Positions 1 through 7,352 of a stretch of DNA of 32,000 nucleotides are shown piece after piece. Made by a program: the position numbers and the translations under genes. A model generated the notes under the pieces. The model saw only the letters and a list, made by a program, of their open reading frames with translations, was not told the DNA's origin and did not search any database. The stretch is from assembly GCF_001189295.1 (NCBI RefSeq), contig NZ_CP012159.1, forward strand, positions 3,204,973-3,236,972, given 5' to 3'. Position 1 is the stretch's first letter; every line of letters starts with the position of its first letter. Source of the DNA: Chondromyces crocatus. Lineage in GTDB: Bacteria; Myxococcota_A; Polyangia; Polyangiales; Polyangiaceae.

Positions 1-173
1 CCGAGCACCTCGCGAAAGAAGCGCTCTGGCGCGGCCTGATACCGCTCTGACGGCCACACGATGCGCTGGGAGGCAACAGATGCAGCCAGAATCGCCGCCG
101 AGAGTGTCCCGGCCATGGTGATCCGAGGGCGCCGCACACGCTTCGCTACCCGCTCGGCAATGCGCGTTGTCAT
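1..173 (-). CDS. Partial CDS (N-terminus only, runs off the window), possibly the terminase large subunit
   Basis: ATG at 173 gives MTTRIAERVAKRVRRPRITMAGTLSAAILAASVASQRIVWPSERYQAAPERFFREVLG... The frame stays open to position 1. It lies directly downstream of the terS-like gene on the minus strand. The functional call rests on position and a weak N-terminal resemblance only. Confidence 0.4.
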   Translation of the reverse strand, partial: MTTRIAERVAKRVRRPRITMAGTLSAAILAASVASQRIVWPSERYQAAPERFFREVL

Positions 174-220
174 CGCGCTTCTCCGCTGATGCTGAGAAGC
201 GCCGCAGCCGCGGCTCCCCC
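43..220. repeat. Direct repeat R1a; partner R1b at 2088-2264
   Basis: By-eye alignment: cgctctgacgg..gatgcgctggga..gcagccagaatcgccgccgagag.gtcccggccatggtgat..gagggcgccgc.cacgcttcgctacccgctcggcaatgcgcgttgtcat is nearly identical in both copies. It covers the 5' end of the 1-173 CDS. Confidence 0.85.
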
Positions 221-336
221 GAAAAGTCCACGGAGCAGGCCGAGCTCCACCTCCTCGCCAGCGGCCACCGAGACCATGGCACACGCGATGGCTGCGCAGA
301 CAGCCCAGCAGAGAAGCGCGCAACACGAGGGCCGAC

Positions 337-891
337 TCATGCGGCCTCCAGCTCGGCGAGCGCCTTGGCTACGGCTGCTGCTGCCTCCGGGTAGGCGGCG
401 AGGGCACCGGCAATCGCTCCCTCGATCCGCTTCCACCGCGGAGAATCGACGATGGTCGCTTCTGCCGCGGGCCCAATCTCCCCAGTCAGCCGGCCAAGTA
501 GTTCAAGGACCTGCTTCGCCGCCACGATGAGCGCCGCACGCTCTCGCCAGGAGATCTCCTCGTCCGTATCCGCCCGCTGGATCAGGACCTCAACCTTCTC
601 GACCAAGGCCTCACAACGCGCTCGGACGTTCGCGACATTCTTGAGGTCCGTCTTGCTGACGGCCGTCTTGGTCTCAGGCCCGCGGAGTCCAGCGTCGCTG
701 CTTTGGGGGTCGGGGCGGGAGCCCTCCTCCAACCAGTGGGCAGCGTGCTTGCGGAGCGCGTTCTTGGTGACGCTGAAGCGTTGCGCAATGGCTAGCGCAT
801 CGACTCCGCCCGACAAAGCAGCCTCGATCGCGTCGCGGCGCTTATGTCGGCAAATGATGCACTCACTCGTCGCCTGCGGTGCGGCGTCCAT
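337..891 (-). CDS. Cys-motif/HTH DNA-binding protein, putative terminase small subunit
   Basis: 184-aa ORF. The N-terminus CIICRHKRRDAIEAALSGGVDALAIAQRFSVTKNALRKHAAHW is a Cys pair plus HTH, followed by a coiled-coil-like middle. It lies immediately upstream of the terL-like partial CDS. The function is a positional and motif-based guess. Confidence 0.5.
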   Translation of the reverse strand: MDAAPQATSECIICRHKRRDAIEAALSGGVDALAIAQRFSVTKNALRKHAAHWLEEGSRPDPQSSDAGLRGPETKTAVSKTDLKNVANVRARCEALVEKVEVLIQRADTDEEISWRERAALIVAAKQVLELLGRLTGEIGPAAEATIVDSPRWKRIEGAIAGALAAYPEAAAAVAKALAELEAA

Positions 892-1317
892 GAGTCAAGC
901 CAAGCACAGGCCACTATGACAGGTGTGATGGAGTGCGATTGGACGCGGGATGCGCAGGACGTCATCGGTGGTTTGTCGGCAATGGAAATAGCGGTGTCTC
1001 TTGCGGTGCGTGTCTCACGGAGGGACGTAGGTCGTCGGACGTCGATGAGGCGGGGTCATGTTCATTGCACTGGCGCATTCATGTGTCATGAATTGAGAAG
1101 CTGACCACCGCGCTCTGCTGCGATTAGACAGATTGAACTGTCAATGTTGTGGTCAGATCGATTGCAGATCGCCTGGTGGACGCGGTGGTGGACGCGGTCG
1201 CCTGTGTGCGACGTGGAAATTGTTCACCTCTGCCTGACGGCGTGCTCCGTGAGGAGGCAAATGTGGCCGAAGCGCTTCATGAGACACCTTTGGCATGGTT
1301 GGCTCGACGACGTCTGT

Positions 1318-2087
1318 CCATGGCGCTGATTCGATGGGTAGATCGATTCATTGGTTAACAACAATTGCGACTGAGGAAAGGAAGATTGAGCATGAACATC
1401 AAATCGACTGTGGCGGGAGTGGTATGTTTGGTCAGTCTGATGTCGGTGTGCGCTTGCAGCGCAGAAAGTATTGAGAGTGTTGAATCTACTGAAGATGTGG
1501 CGGGCCGGGCTGAGCATGAACTCGTTGCCAAGTACACGATGGGCGATTCGGCCCTATCGGTGCACTGGAACGGTGATCGTTCGTCCGCAGCTCTAAGTAT
1601 TTTGCTTGAGCGTCAACACGGAAAACATCGTGAATCAATAACATTGAACTTGAGTGATGGTGGTGTATTCTCCGAGCCGGACGTTGCAGCGTTCGTCGGG
1701 AGCATCGATCCTGCCCTGCTTGATGTCGCGCTGGGTGAGTTGGCGCACTCACAGGCGACCGGCGAAGAGGGGCGCTTCTTCAATCATGTGCAGAAGCGGC
1801 TGTTCTCGGATGTCGTCGCTCATAACCACCATGAGAGCGAGCGCGGTCCGACCGCTGGGCTTATGCAGGCCGAAGAGGGCGGTTGGTGCTATTGCAATGC
1901 TTGTGCGAAGCATCACGCCCCAGAATGTCTCTAGCGCTTGTCCTGTAGAGGCTGCGCGACAGACATCAGGGGGATCCGACCGAGGCTCCGCGTGGAAGTG
2001 ATTCTAGGCGATCTGCTGATCGCCTGATGACTGAGGCGGCGTGGCCTCCAAGCTGGCGAAGTCTCTGGTCGAGCGACAGCGCGGCGT
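1318..2087. repeat. Direct repeat R2a (lipoprotein cassette plus tail); partner R2b at 2289-3053
   Basis: The alignment starts at ccatgg (1318 / 2289). It runs through both lipoprotein genes and ~150 nt downstream (tctctagcgcttgtcc...ctggtcgagcgaca.cg.ggcgt). The copies are diverged but clearly homologous. Confidence 0.85.
1392..1934 (+). CDS. Secreted lipoprotein, paralogue A (moron-like)
   Basis: ATG at 1392 preceded by aggaaaggaag. Signal peptide and lipobox: MNIKSTVAGVVCLVSLMSVCAC. The C-terminus is Cys/His-rich (CYCNACAKHHAPECL). It is paralogous to 2362-2898. G+C is visibly lower than in the flanks. Confidence 0.75.
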   Translation: MNIKSTVAGVVCLVSLMSVCACSAESIESVESTEDVAGRAEHELVAKYTMGDSALSVHWNGDRSSAALSILLERQHGKHRESITLNLSDGGVFSEPDVAAFVGSIDPALLDVALGELAHSQATGEEGRFFNHVQKRLFSDVVAHNHHESERGPTAGLMQAEEGGWCYCNACAKHHAPECL

Positions 2088-2264
2088 CGCTCTGACGGTC
2101 ATACGATGCGCTGGGAAGTAACGGGTGCAGCCAGAATCGCCGCCGAGAGCGTCCCGGCCATGGTGATACGAGGGCGCCGCGCACGCTTCGCTACCCGCTC
2201 GGCAATGCGCGTTGTCATGGCGCTCCTCCGCTGATGCTGAGAAGCGCCGCAGCCACGGATCCCC
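2088..2264. repeat. Direct repeat R1b (copy of 43-220)
   Basis: See R1a. Here the copy directly follows the tail of lipoprotein cassette A. Confidence 0.85.
2099..2218 (-). pseudogene. Truncated duplicate of the 5' end of the terL-like gene (39 codons, then stop)
   Basis: MTTRIAERVAKRARRPRITMAGTLSAAILAAPVTSQRIV* matches the first 39 residues of the 1-173 CDS. A TGA replaces the TGG (W) codon of the intact copy. Confidence 0.7.
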
Positions 2265-2288
2265 GACGCGGTAAATGCTCACCTCTAC

Positions 2289-3053
2289 CCATGGTGCTAG
2301 AACGATAAGTAGATGATTCATTGTTTGACAGCAACAGCGACCGAGAAAGGGAAAATTGAGCATGAACATCAACTCGACTGTAGCGGGAGTTGTATGTCTG
2401 GTCGGTATGATTTCTGTGTGCGCTTGCAGCGCGGAAAGTATGGAGAGTGTTGACTCTGCCGAAGACGTGACGGGTGGGGCTGAGCATGAACTCGTTGCCA
2501 CGTACACGATGGGCGATTCGGCTCTATCGGTGCACTGGCACGGTGATCGTTCACCCACGGCCCCAAGTATCTGGATTGACCATCAGCGTGGAAAACATCA
2601 CGAATCCATAACATTGAGCTTGCGTGACGATAGTGTATTCTCTCATCCGGACATTGTAGCGTTCGTCGGGGGCATCGATCCTGCCCTTCTTGATGTCGCG
2701 CTATGGGAGTTGGCGCGCTCACAGGCGTCCGGAGGAGAGGGGCGCTTGTTCAGTCATGTGCAGGAGCGGCTGTTCTCGGAGGTCGTCGCTCATAACCCCG
2801 GTGAGAGCGACCATGGTCCGACCGCTGGGCTTGTGCAGGCCGAAGAGGGCGAGCCGTGCTGGTGCGATCTTTGTCAAGTACATCATCGCTGTCTCTAGCG
2901 CTTGTCCCGAGTAGGCTGCGCCACAGTTCATCAGAGGGAGTCGACCGAGGCTCCGCGTGGAAGAGATTCTAGGCGATCTTGCTGATCGCTTGGTGACCGA
3001 GGCTGCGTGACCTCCAAACTGGTGTCGTCTCTGGTCGAGCGACAACGAGGCGT
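2289..3053. repeat. Direct repeat R2b (copy of 1318-2087)
   Basis: See R2a. Confidence 0.85.
2362..2898 (+). CDS. Secreted lipoprotein, paralogue B (moron-like)
   Basis: ATG at 2362. N-terminus MNINSTVAGVVCLVGMISVCAC with a lipobox. Collinear with paralogue A over its full length. C-terminus CWCDLCQVHHRCL. Confidence 0.75.
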   Translation: MNINSTVAGVVCLVGMISVCACSAESMESVDSAEDVTGGAEHELVATYTMGDSALSVHWHGDRSPTAPSIWIDHQRGKHHESITLSLRDDSVFSHPDIVAFVGGIDPALLDVALWELARSQASGGEGRLFSHVQERLFSEVVAHNPGESDHGPTAGLVQAEEGEPCWCDLCQVHHRCL

Positions 3054-3317
3054 GGAGCAATTTCTTTCGCCGGTGTTGCCCTGGGAGCGCCTGTTGCGCA
3101 ATCCATAGGCTATCACCTATGTGATGGTTTTCCGAGCTGGGGTGGCCCTCGTCGCGCGGGCGACGTCCCCCCCCTTCGGATTCCCCCAACTGTTCAGGAG
3201 ACCCCAAACAAGGGGATCAACGTGAGTGCTCCGACCGAGAGGCAGGCCAGCCCCGTGAGAGCTCTGCAGGGGCACGCGACGACGCATGTGCCCTGCCGAA
3301 CCCTGGAGGGAGCCGAA

Positions 3318-3390
3318 CTGGTTCGAACCGGTTCGGGGGCTGGTTTTCGACTGGTTCGAGTGGTTCGGTGTGACGCTGCGTGCTGGTTCG
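3318..3390 (+). repeat. Six phased iteron-like repeats, consensus CTGGTTCG
   Basis: The copies are: ctggttcg at 3318-3325, ccggttcg at 3328-3335, ctggttttcg at 3340-3349, ctggttcg at 3351-3358, gtggttcg at 3360-3367 and ctggttcg at 3383-3390. Start-to-start spacings are 10, 12, 11, 9 and 23 nt, roughly one helical turn. They lie in a ~730-nt stretch with no convincing ORF. Confidence 0.7.
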
Positions 3391-3391
3391 G

Positions 3392-3419
3392 CGGTCCCCC
3401 CTAAAGGGGGGGGCGACCG
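3392..3419. other. C6-TAAA-G8 hairpin/palindrome immediately after the iterons
   Basis: cggtcccccc-taaa-ggggggggcgaccg. The outer cggtc/gaccg and inner C/G runs pair. A related gtcccccccc run lies at 3165-3174. Confidence 0.55.
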
Positions 3420-3627
3420 CCTAGGAACCAGCGCGGCGGAGCGCCCGAGGTTCGCACGCGAAGCGCAAAGGTAGTCCCGAGCACGGAATCTGAAGATGGG
3501 CCAGGCGCGGCCTTGCAGGGGACGGGAGCACTAGGGTAGGGGCAGGGAAAGCGGAGCCCCTGGAAGGGGCACCAGGGGGCGATTCCGGGCGAGCAAGGGG
3601 CAGCCTCGAGGGGATGCCCCAAGGCAG

Positions 3628-4173
3628 CTACCAACCGGTCCTGCCCCTGCGTCGGAGCGACTTGGTGAGACGCTGACGAACTTCCCGGAGGCGCTCGCCG
3701 ACGACGCCGACGGAGATGCCCAGCTTTGCTGCGACCTCGGGGCGAGTCATTCCGACGGCGATGAGGGCGGCAACGTCGCGCTGAAGCGGAGGGTGTTCTG
3801 CAAGGGATTCGAGAAGCAGACGCGCCTGCATCTGCTCGTCGACGGGGAAGGAGACAGGTTGATCGGCAAAGTCGGCAGCGAGACCTGAGGGGACTTCGCG
3901 GCGAAGGTACGCGGCTGAGCGGTAGTGAGAGGCCTGCCGCCAGGCGATGCCGTGCATCCAGCGGCGCAGAGCGAGGTCAACATCGCCACCATGTTCGACG
4001 ACAAAGACATCGGAGGCGACACCGCGCCAAGCGGCAAAGAGGATGTCCTGAGCCGCATCGTCGATGCGCTGAGGAGCGACCCCATAGCGATGCAAGACGC
4101 TGCGGATGGTGGGCATGACCTGCAGGAGCATGGCGATCGGAACGCGGCGGGGGGATTTGATGGGAGTGCTCAA
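3628..4173 (-). CDS. ECF-type sigma-70 family factor (phage-borne)
   Basis: Region-2-like DILFAAWRGV...RRWMHGIAWRQASHYR. Region-4 HTH LQRDVAALIAVGMTRPEVAAKLGISVGVVGERLREVRQRL. Its start overlaps the upstream gene's stop by 4 nt. Confidence 0.7.
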   Translation of the reverse strand: MSTPIKSPRRVPIAMLLQVMPTIRSVLHRYGVAPQRIDDAAQDILFAAWRGVASDVFVVEHGGDVDLALRRWMHGIAWRQASHYRSAAYLRREVPSGLAADFADQPVSFPVDEQMQARLLLESLAEHPPLQRDVAALIAVGMTRPEVAAKLGISVGVVGERLREVRQRLTKSLRRRGRTGW

Positions 4174-4880
4174 AGGGACGCCTCCCCACCAGTGAGGACG
4201 GCCAGATCTTCGCGGCCGAGATCGAGGTGATAGGAGACGAGAGCGACAGAGACGTGTAGCTCGGCGCCGATCTCCTCGAGCGAATGACCGGAAGCGTGGG
4301 CGAGAAGCGCAACGCGCTCAAAGCGATTCAGGCGACGGACTACCGCGAGAAGCTCGCGAGCCTCCAGGTAAGGCTCGGGATGAAGCAGGTAGCCAGGGAG
4401 CAGATCGCGAGGATCGAGGGGCGCCAGCTCAGTCAGGCGAGACCATGCGAGGTCCTGCCAGTGAGTCGCCTTGTGAAAGGCAATACGCTTGATCCAGCCG
4501 CGGAGCGCGAGCGAAGGGGAGGCCGCCGGGTCGGGCCTGAACTCCCCCGAGGAGATGCGGAGCCAGGCAGCGAACAGGACATCCTGGAGCAGATCGGCGC
4601 GATCGGGAGGGCGAACGCCATAGCGCGCCAGCACGCGACGGATGGCGCGGCCATGCCCGAGGAGCTCCGCAGCGGAAGGAAAGACAGCGGGGAAGGAAGG
4701 GCGAGAGGGAGAAGAGGTGGAAGGTGAGGGAGAAGACGGATCGATTCCTTGGCCCTTCTCTGGGCGCGGGGATACACAAAACACGTCGGACCTCGTGCGA
4801 TCGGGGTTCGGCCACGCAGCCCGGGGTGCTCCAACACCCGCGGGCTGCACTCGATTTGGGGCGCAAGCGCCCCAGCCCAA
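4170..4880 (-). CDS. ECF-type sigma-70 family factor, paralogue with a Ser/Pro-rich N-terminal extension (start uncertain)
   Basis: LLQDVLFAAWLRI...LRGWIKRIAFHKATHWQD is region-2-like. RFERVALLAHASGHSLEEIGAELHVSVALVSYHLDLGREDL is region-4-like. No in-frame ATG/GTG/TTG lies between the S/P-rich tract and region 2, so the start is at 4880 or a nearby GTG. Confidence 0.6.
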   Translation of the reverse strand: MGWGACAPNRVQPAGVGAPRAAWPNPDRTRSDVFCVSPRPEKGQGIDPSSPSPSTSSPSRPSFPAVFPSAAELLGHGRAIRRVLARYGVRPPDRADLLQDVLFAAWLRISSGEFRPDPAASPSLALRGWIKRIAFHKATHWQDLAWSRLTELAPLDPRDLLPGYLLHPEPYLEARELLAVVRRLNRFERVALLAHASGHSLEEIGAELHVSVALVSYHLDLGREDLAVLTGGEASL

Positions 4881-4957
4881 AACCGCCCCGGCCCCCCGGA
4901 AGGGGAGCCGAGACGGCGGCTAAACGCGAAACACGAGACGTGCCAATAAGGGCAGTA

Positions 4958-5737
4958 TCAGGCCTGGCCGGCCTGGTCGTCTTCGTGAGCCAAAATGATC
5001 AGGAGCGTGGAGCGCCCAGAGCTATCCGCGCCCTGCACAAGAACAAAGGGCACGGCGTCCTCGGGGTCATAGGCGCGCCGCTGATCATCACTGAGGACGC
5101 AGAGAACAAGATGGCGCTCCTGCGCCGGCTCAGCGCGGAGGATCCTGCCGAAATAAGCCAGAAGGTTGAACAGGCGCATCTTGACCTCGCTGCCCTGAGG
5201 CTGTTCGCCGGGAAGGGGAGCGACGCAGACCTGCCATGCCGCAAGCGATACGGTGACAGAGGGGCCGACACCAGCCGCGTGGGCGAGCGCGGTAACATCG
5301 ACGAACGGCTCCCCGGGCTGGGCGGAGGGGAAGGGCAAATCCTCTGTCCTGATAACTGGCTCAGCCGCCAGTATGATTGCGATAAACGGCCTGCCGTCCG
5401 ACAAGACGCCGCTGAACAACTTCAGCTCGACCGGCTCGGGCACGCCGGAGCCCACGATGACACGGAGGAGAAAGGACACCCCCTTCCCGTCAGAAGCGGA
5501 GGTCATAGCGGCCCGGCCTGCGACGAGAAGAGCCCGGAGGCGACGCGCCTCGTCACGACCAGCCTTGTCGCCGGCATCCGTCAGAGCGACGCAGCGGCGC
5601 CACGCGGCAGCGCTGAGGAGGACGGGGGCGGTAAAGCCCACCTCCGAGGCGGGGCCAGAAACATTAACGAGCGCGCCCGGCTCGGTAGCATGCTGACAAG
5701 AAGAGGGGGGAACAGCACTGCCAGACCGTACGTTCAT
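4958..5737 (-). CDS. Hypothetical protein with two tandem copies of the domain found once in 5947-6480
   Basis: Copy 1: VNVSGPASEVGFTAPVLLSAAAWRRCV...ELKLFSGVLSDGRPFIAIILAAE. Copy 2: VDVTALAHAAGVGPSVTVSLAAWQVCV...VLVQGADSSGRSTLLIILAHEDD. The codon bias is typical of high-G+C coding sequence. Confidence 0.6.
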   Translation of the reverse strand: MNVRSGSAVPPSSCQHATEPGALVNVSGPASEVGFTAPVLLSAAAWRRCVALTDAGDKAGRDEARRLRALLVAGRAAMTSASDGKGVSFLLRVIVGSGVPEPVELKLFSGVLSDGRPFIAIILAAEPVIRTEDLPFPSAQPGEPFVDVTALAHAAGVGPSVTVSLAAWQVCVAPLPGEQPQGSEVKMRLFNLLAYFGRILRAEPAQERHLVLCVLSDDQRRAYDPEDAVPFVLVQGADSSGRSTLLIILAHEDDQAGQA

Positions 5738-5946
5738 AGCACTCCTAAAACTCCCGACAGCCCGGAACCAAGGCAGAGAGGAGCCGAAAGAGGGTACGGG
5801 CGCGAGGCCGAATAGCCCTGCACCCGACCCAATACACGCCCCAGGAAGCCCGGGCAGAAGCGCCCATAGAAGCCCCCCGAGGCGAGGAGTGCATAATCAC
5901 GAGGCGTGCCAATGAGGCGCTCAACGAGCGAGACAGGTGCCGAGGA

Positions 5947-6480
5947 TCAATCCTCCTCGGCGAACATGATGGTGATCTCTGGCTCGCCGTTGTCTCCGGG
6001 CTCGTATATCAGCTTCAGCTCGGTTCGCTCCGCATCGGGGGAATCCGACACGACGTAGAGGTGCAGCCAAACCGCCATGGCGTCAGGCTCTCGAACGATG
6101 GCAGCGTAGGCCGCCGAGAGTAGCTCCGCGAGCCTACTTTTTTCGGTAAGCCCTGCCGCCTCGGCGGCTTCCGTCAGCTCGACGCAACGCATCCACACGT
6201 TCTCTGCAAGGACGACAGGGAGGGTGAAGCCTACCATTTTGGCATGCGCGGTCACTTCAACCAGTTCACCATCTTCAATGGCTTCGAGGCGGGAATACAC
6301 ATAGGCGCATCTGATAGATCCTCCCTTTGCTGGCCTCCCGAGACAGGTCGACTGCCGGCGATCCTGGGGCCGCAGCGTGGGAAGGCCTGCTTTGGCGACT
6401 GGGCAAGCGCGCGGCGACTGCACCAACTCGGCCCGAACTTGCCTGGTGCTCTCGGTTAGCTTATTGAATGAGTCATCCAT
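5947..6480 (-). CDS. Hypothetical protein; the single-copy domain resembles a plasmid/phage family I recall as DUF6573-like
   Basis: ATG at 6480 with GGAG 9 nt upstream. Motifs: YSRLEAIEDGELVEVTAHAKMVGFTLPVVLAENVWMRCVELTE...ELKLIYEPGDNGEPEITIMFAEED. The family name is from memory and unverified. Confidence 0.6.
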   Translation of the reverse strand: MDDSFNKLTESTRQVRAELVQSPRACPVAKAGLPTLRPQDRRQSTCLGRPAKGGSIRCAYVYSRLEAIEDGELVEVTAHAKMVGFTLPVVLAENVWMRCVELTEAAEAAGLTEKSRLAELLSAAYAAIVREPDAMAVWLHLYVVSDSPDAERTELKLIYEPGDNGEPEITIMFAEED

Positions 6481-6596
6481 AGTCAATTTCTCCACCGCCA
6501 GTGCTCTCCGCTATGAAGAGAGTCAGAGACGGCTCATGCACATCAAGCGACATGCCATAGAGCCGTCGTTATGGAATCAGTGGAACTGTGAGGGAT

Positions 6597-7352
6597 TCAG
6601 ATGCCGAGGAAATCGCGAAGCTCGTCAGTCATCCAGGGGGCGGTCTGGAGATAGTTGCGGGTGGGATCCATCGCGGGGATGTCGTTCTTGTCCGCCTTAC
6701 CGCGATGAGCGCGGAGCACGAGGGAGTGCAGCTTGGCGTCATGACCGATGAGAAAGCGGCGCCGGGTGTCAACGGTGGCGCCGCAGCCGCACAAGCACAG
6801 GCCGGCCGGATTGACGGCAGGAGGGGCGACCTTGGCCTTGGCGGGTTTGGAAGGCTTCCCCGCCCGCCTCTCCCCGGATCCACGGGCCGTAGACTTACCG
6901 GCCCTACCACCCTTGGGCGCAGCGGCGTCCCCAAAGACGACCTCGACAGGGGGCGCAGGATCGGTAGGAGGCGGCTCACTGTAGACAACCTCCTCGTCAA
7001 CGGCGGCGGAAACCGTGGCAGACTCCGAGGCCGAGGGCTCGGTGGTGGGCACCGAGGCCGAAGTGGGCTCAGGAGCCTCGCACTGCTCGGCAGGACCGAC
7101 ATGGGCGAGTGCAGCGACCACCGCCTCAACAACAGGGTCCCTGGCGACGCCCTCGTCCAGTGCAGGAGCAGAGGGCTGCACACGGAGCCGATAAACGCCG
7201 TTGGTCAGCGAGAGGACCCGCCGGCTCACCAGCTGGTTAGCGGCGCGCGTATTGAGGCCATACACCTTCAGGTGAGTGGCCGCGACAGACTCGCGAACCG
7301 AAAGGAACTCGATGATGCGCGTTTCATTCTCAGTCATTGCGTTGGTGTTCAT
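6597..7352 (-). CDS. wHTH-like N-terminus, acidic/Pro-rich linker, C-terminal CxCGCG...GHDAK motif protein
   Basis: 251-aa ORF. N-terminus ETRIIEFLSVRESVAATHLKVYGLNTRAANQLVSRRVL. Lys-rich stretch GKPSKPAKAKV. C-terminus CLCGCGATVDTRRRFLIGHDAKLHSLVL. Confidence 0.6.
   Translation of the reverse strand: MNTNAMTENETRIIEFLSVRESVAATHLKVYGLNTRAANQLVSRRVLSLTNGVYRLRVQPSAPALDEGVARDPVVEAVVAALAHVGPAEQCEAPEPTSASVPTTEPSASESATVSAAVDEEVVYSEPPPTDPAPPVEVVFGDAAAPKGGRAGKSTARGSGERRAGKPSKPAKAKVAPPAVNPAGLCLCGCGATVDTRRRFLIGHDAKLHSLVLRAHRGKADKNDIPAMDPTRNYLQTAPWMTDELRDFLGI

Noticed and set aside
1149-1358. 69-aa plus-strand ORF containing a perfect 12-nt tandem duplication (tggtggacgcgg x2 at 1174-1197, encoding VDAVVDAV)
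   Set aside because: The tandem repeat is real, but I have no start-site, RBS or homology support for the ORF. It is left unannotated.
1392-2898. Possibility that the two lipoprotein copies are a DGR template/variable repeat pair
   Set aside because: The differences between the copies affect all four bases and include indels. There is no adenine-specific mutation pattern and no reverse transcriptase gene in the window.
3318-3390. The GGTTCG repeats as a CRISPR array or as a tRNA T-arm (ggttcgaacc)
   Set aside because: The repeats are only 8 nt long at about 10-nt spacing with no spacers, so this is not a CRISPR array. No acceptor or anticodon stems can be built around them, so there is no tRNA.
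3518-3547. G-quadruplex motif GGGG-AC-GGG-AGCACTA-GGG-TA-GGGG-CA-GGG
   Set aside because: The motif is real, but such motifs are expected often in ~70% G+C DNA. There is no independent evidence of function, so I do not claim it as a feature.
4724-5815. 363-aa plus-strand ORF across the region holding the 4958-5737 gene
   Set aside because: The minus-strand product shows an internal domain duplication shared with the neighbouring gene. The plus-strand product is of low complexity and has no motif.
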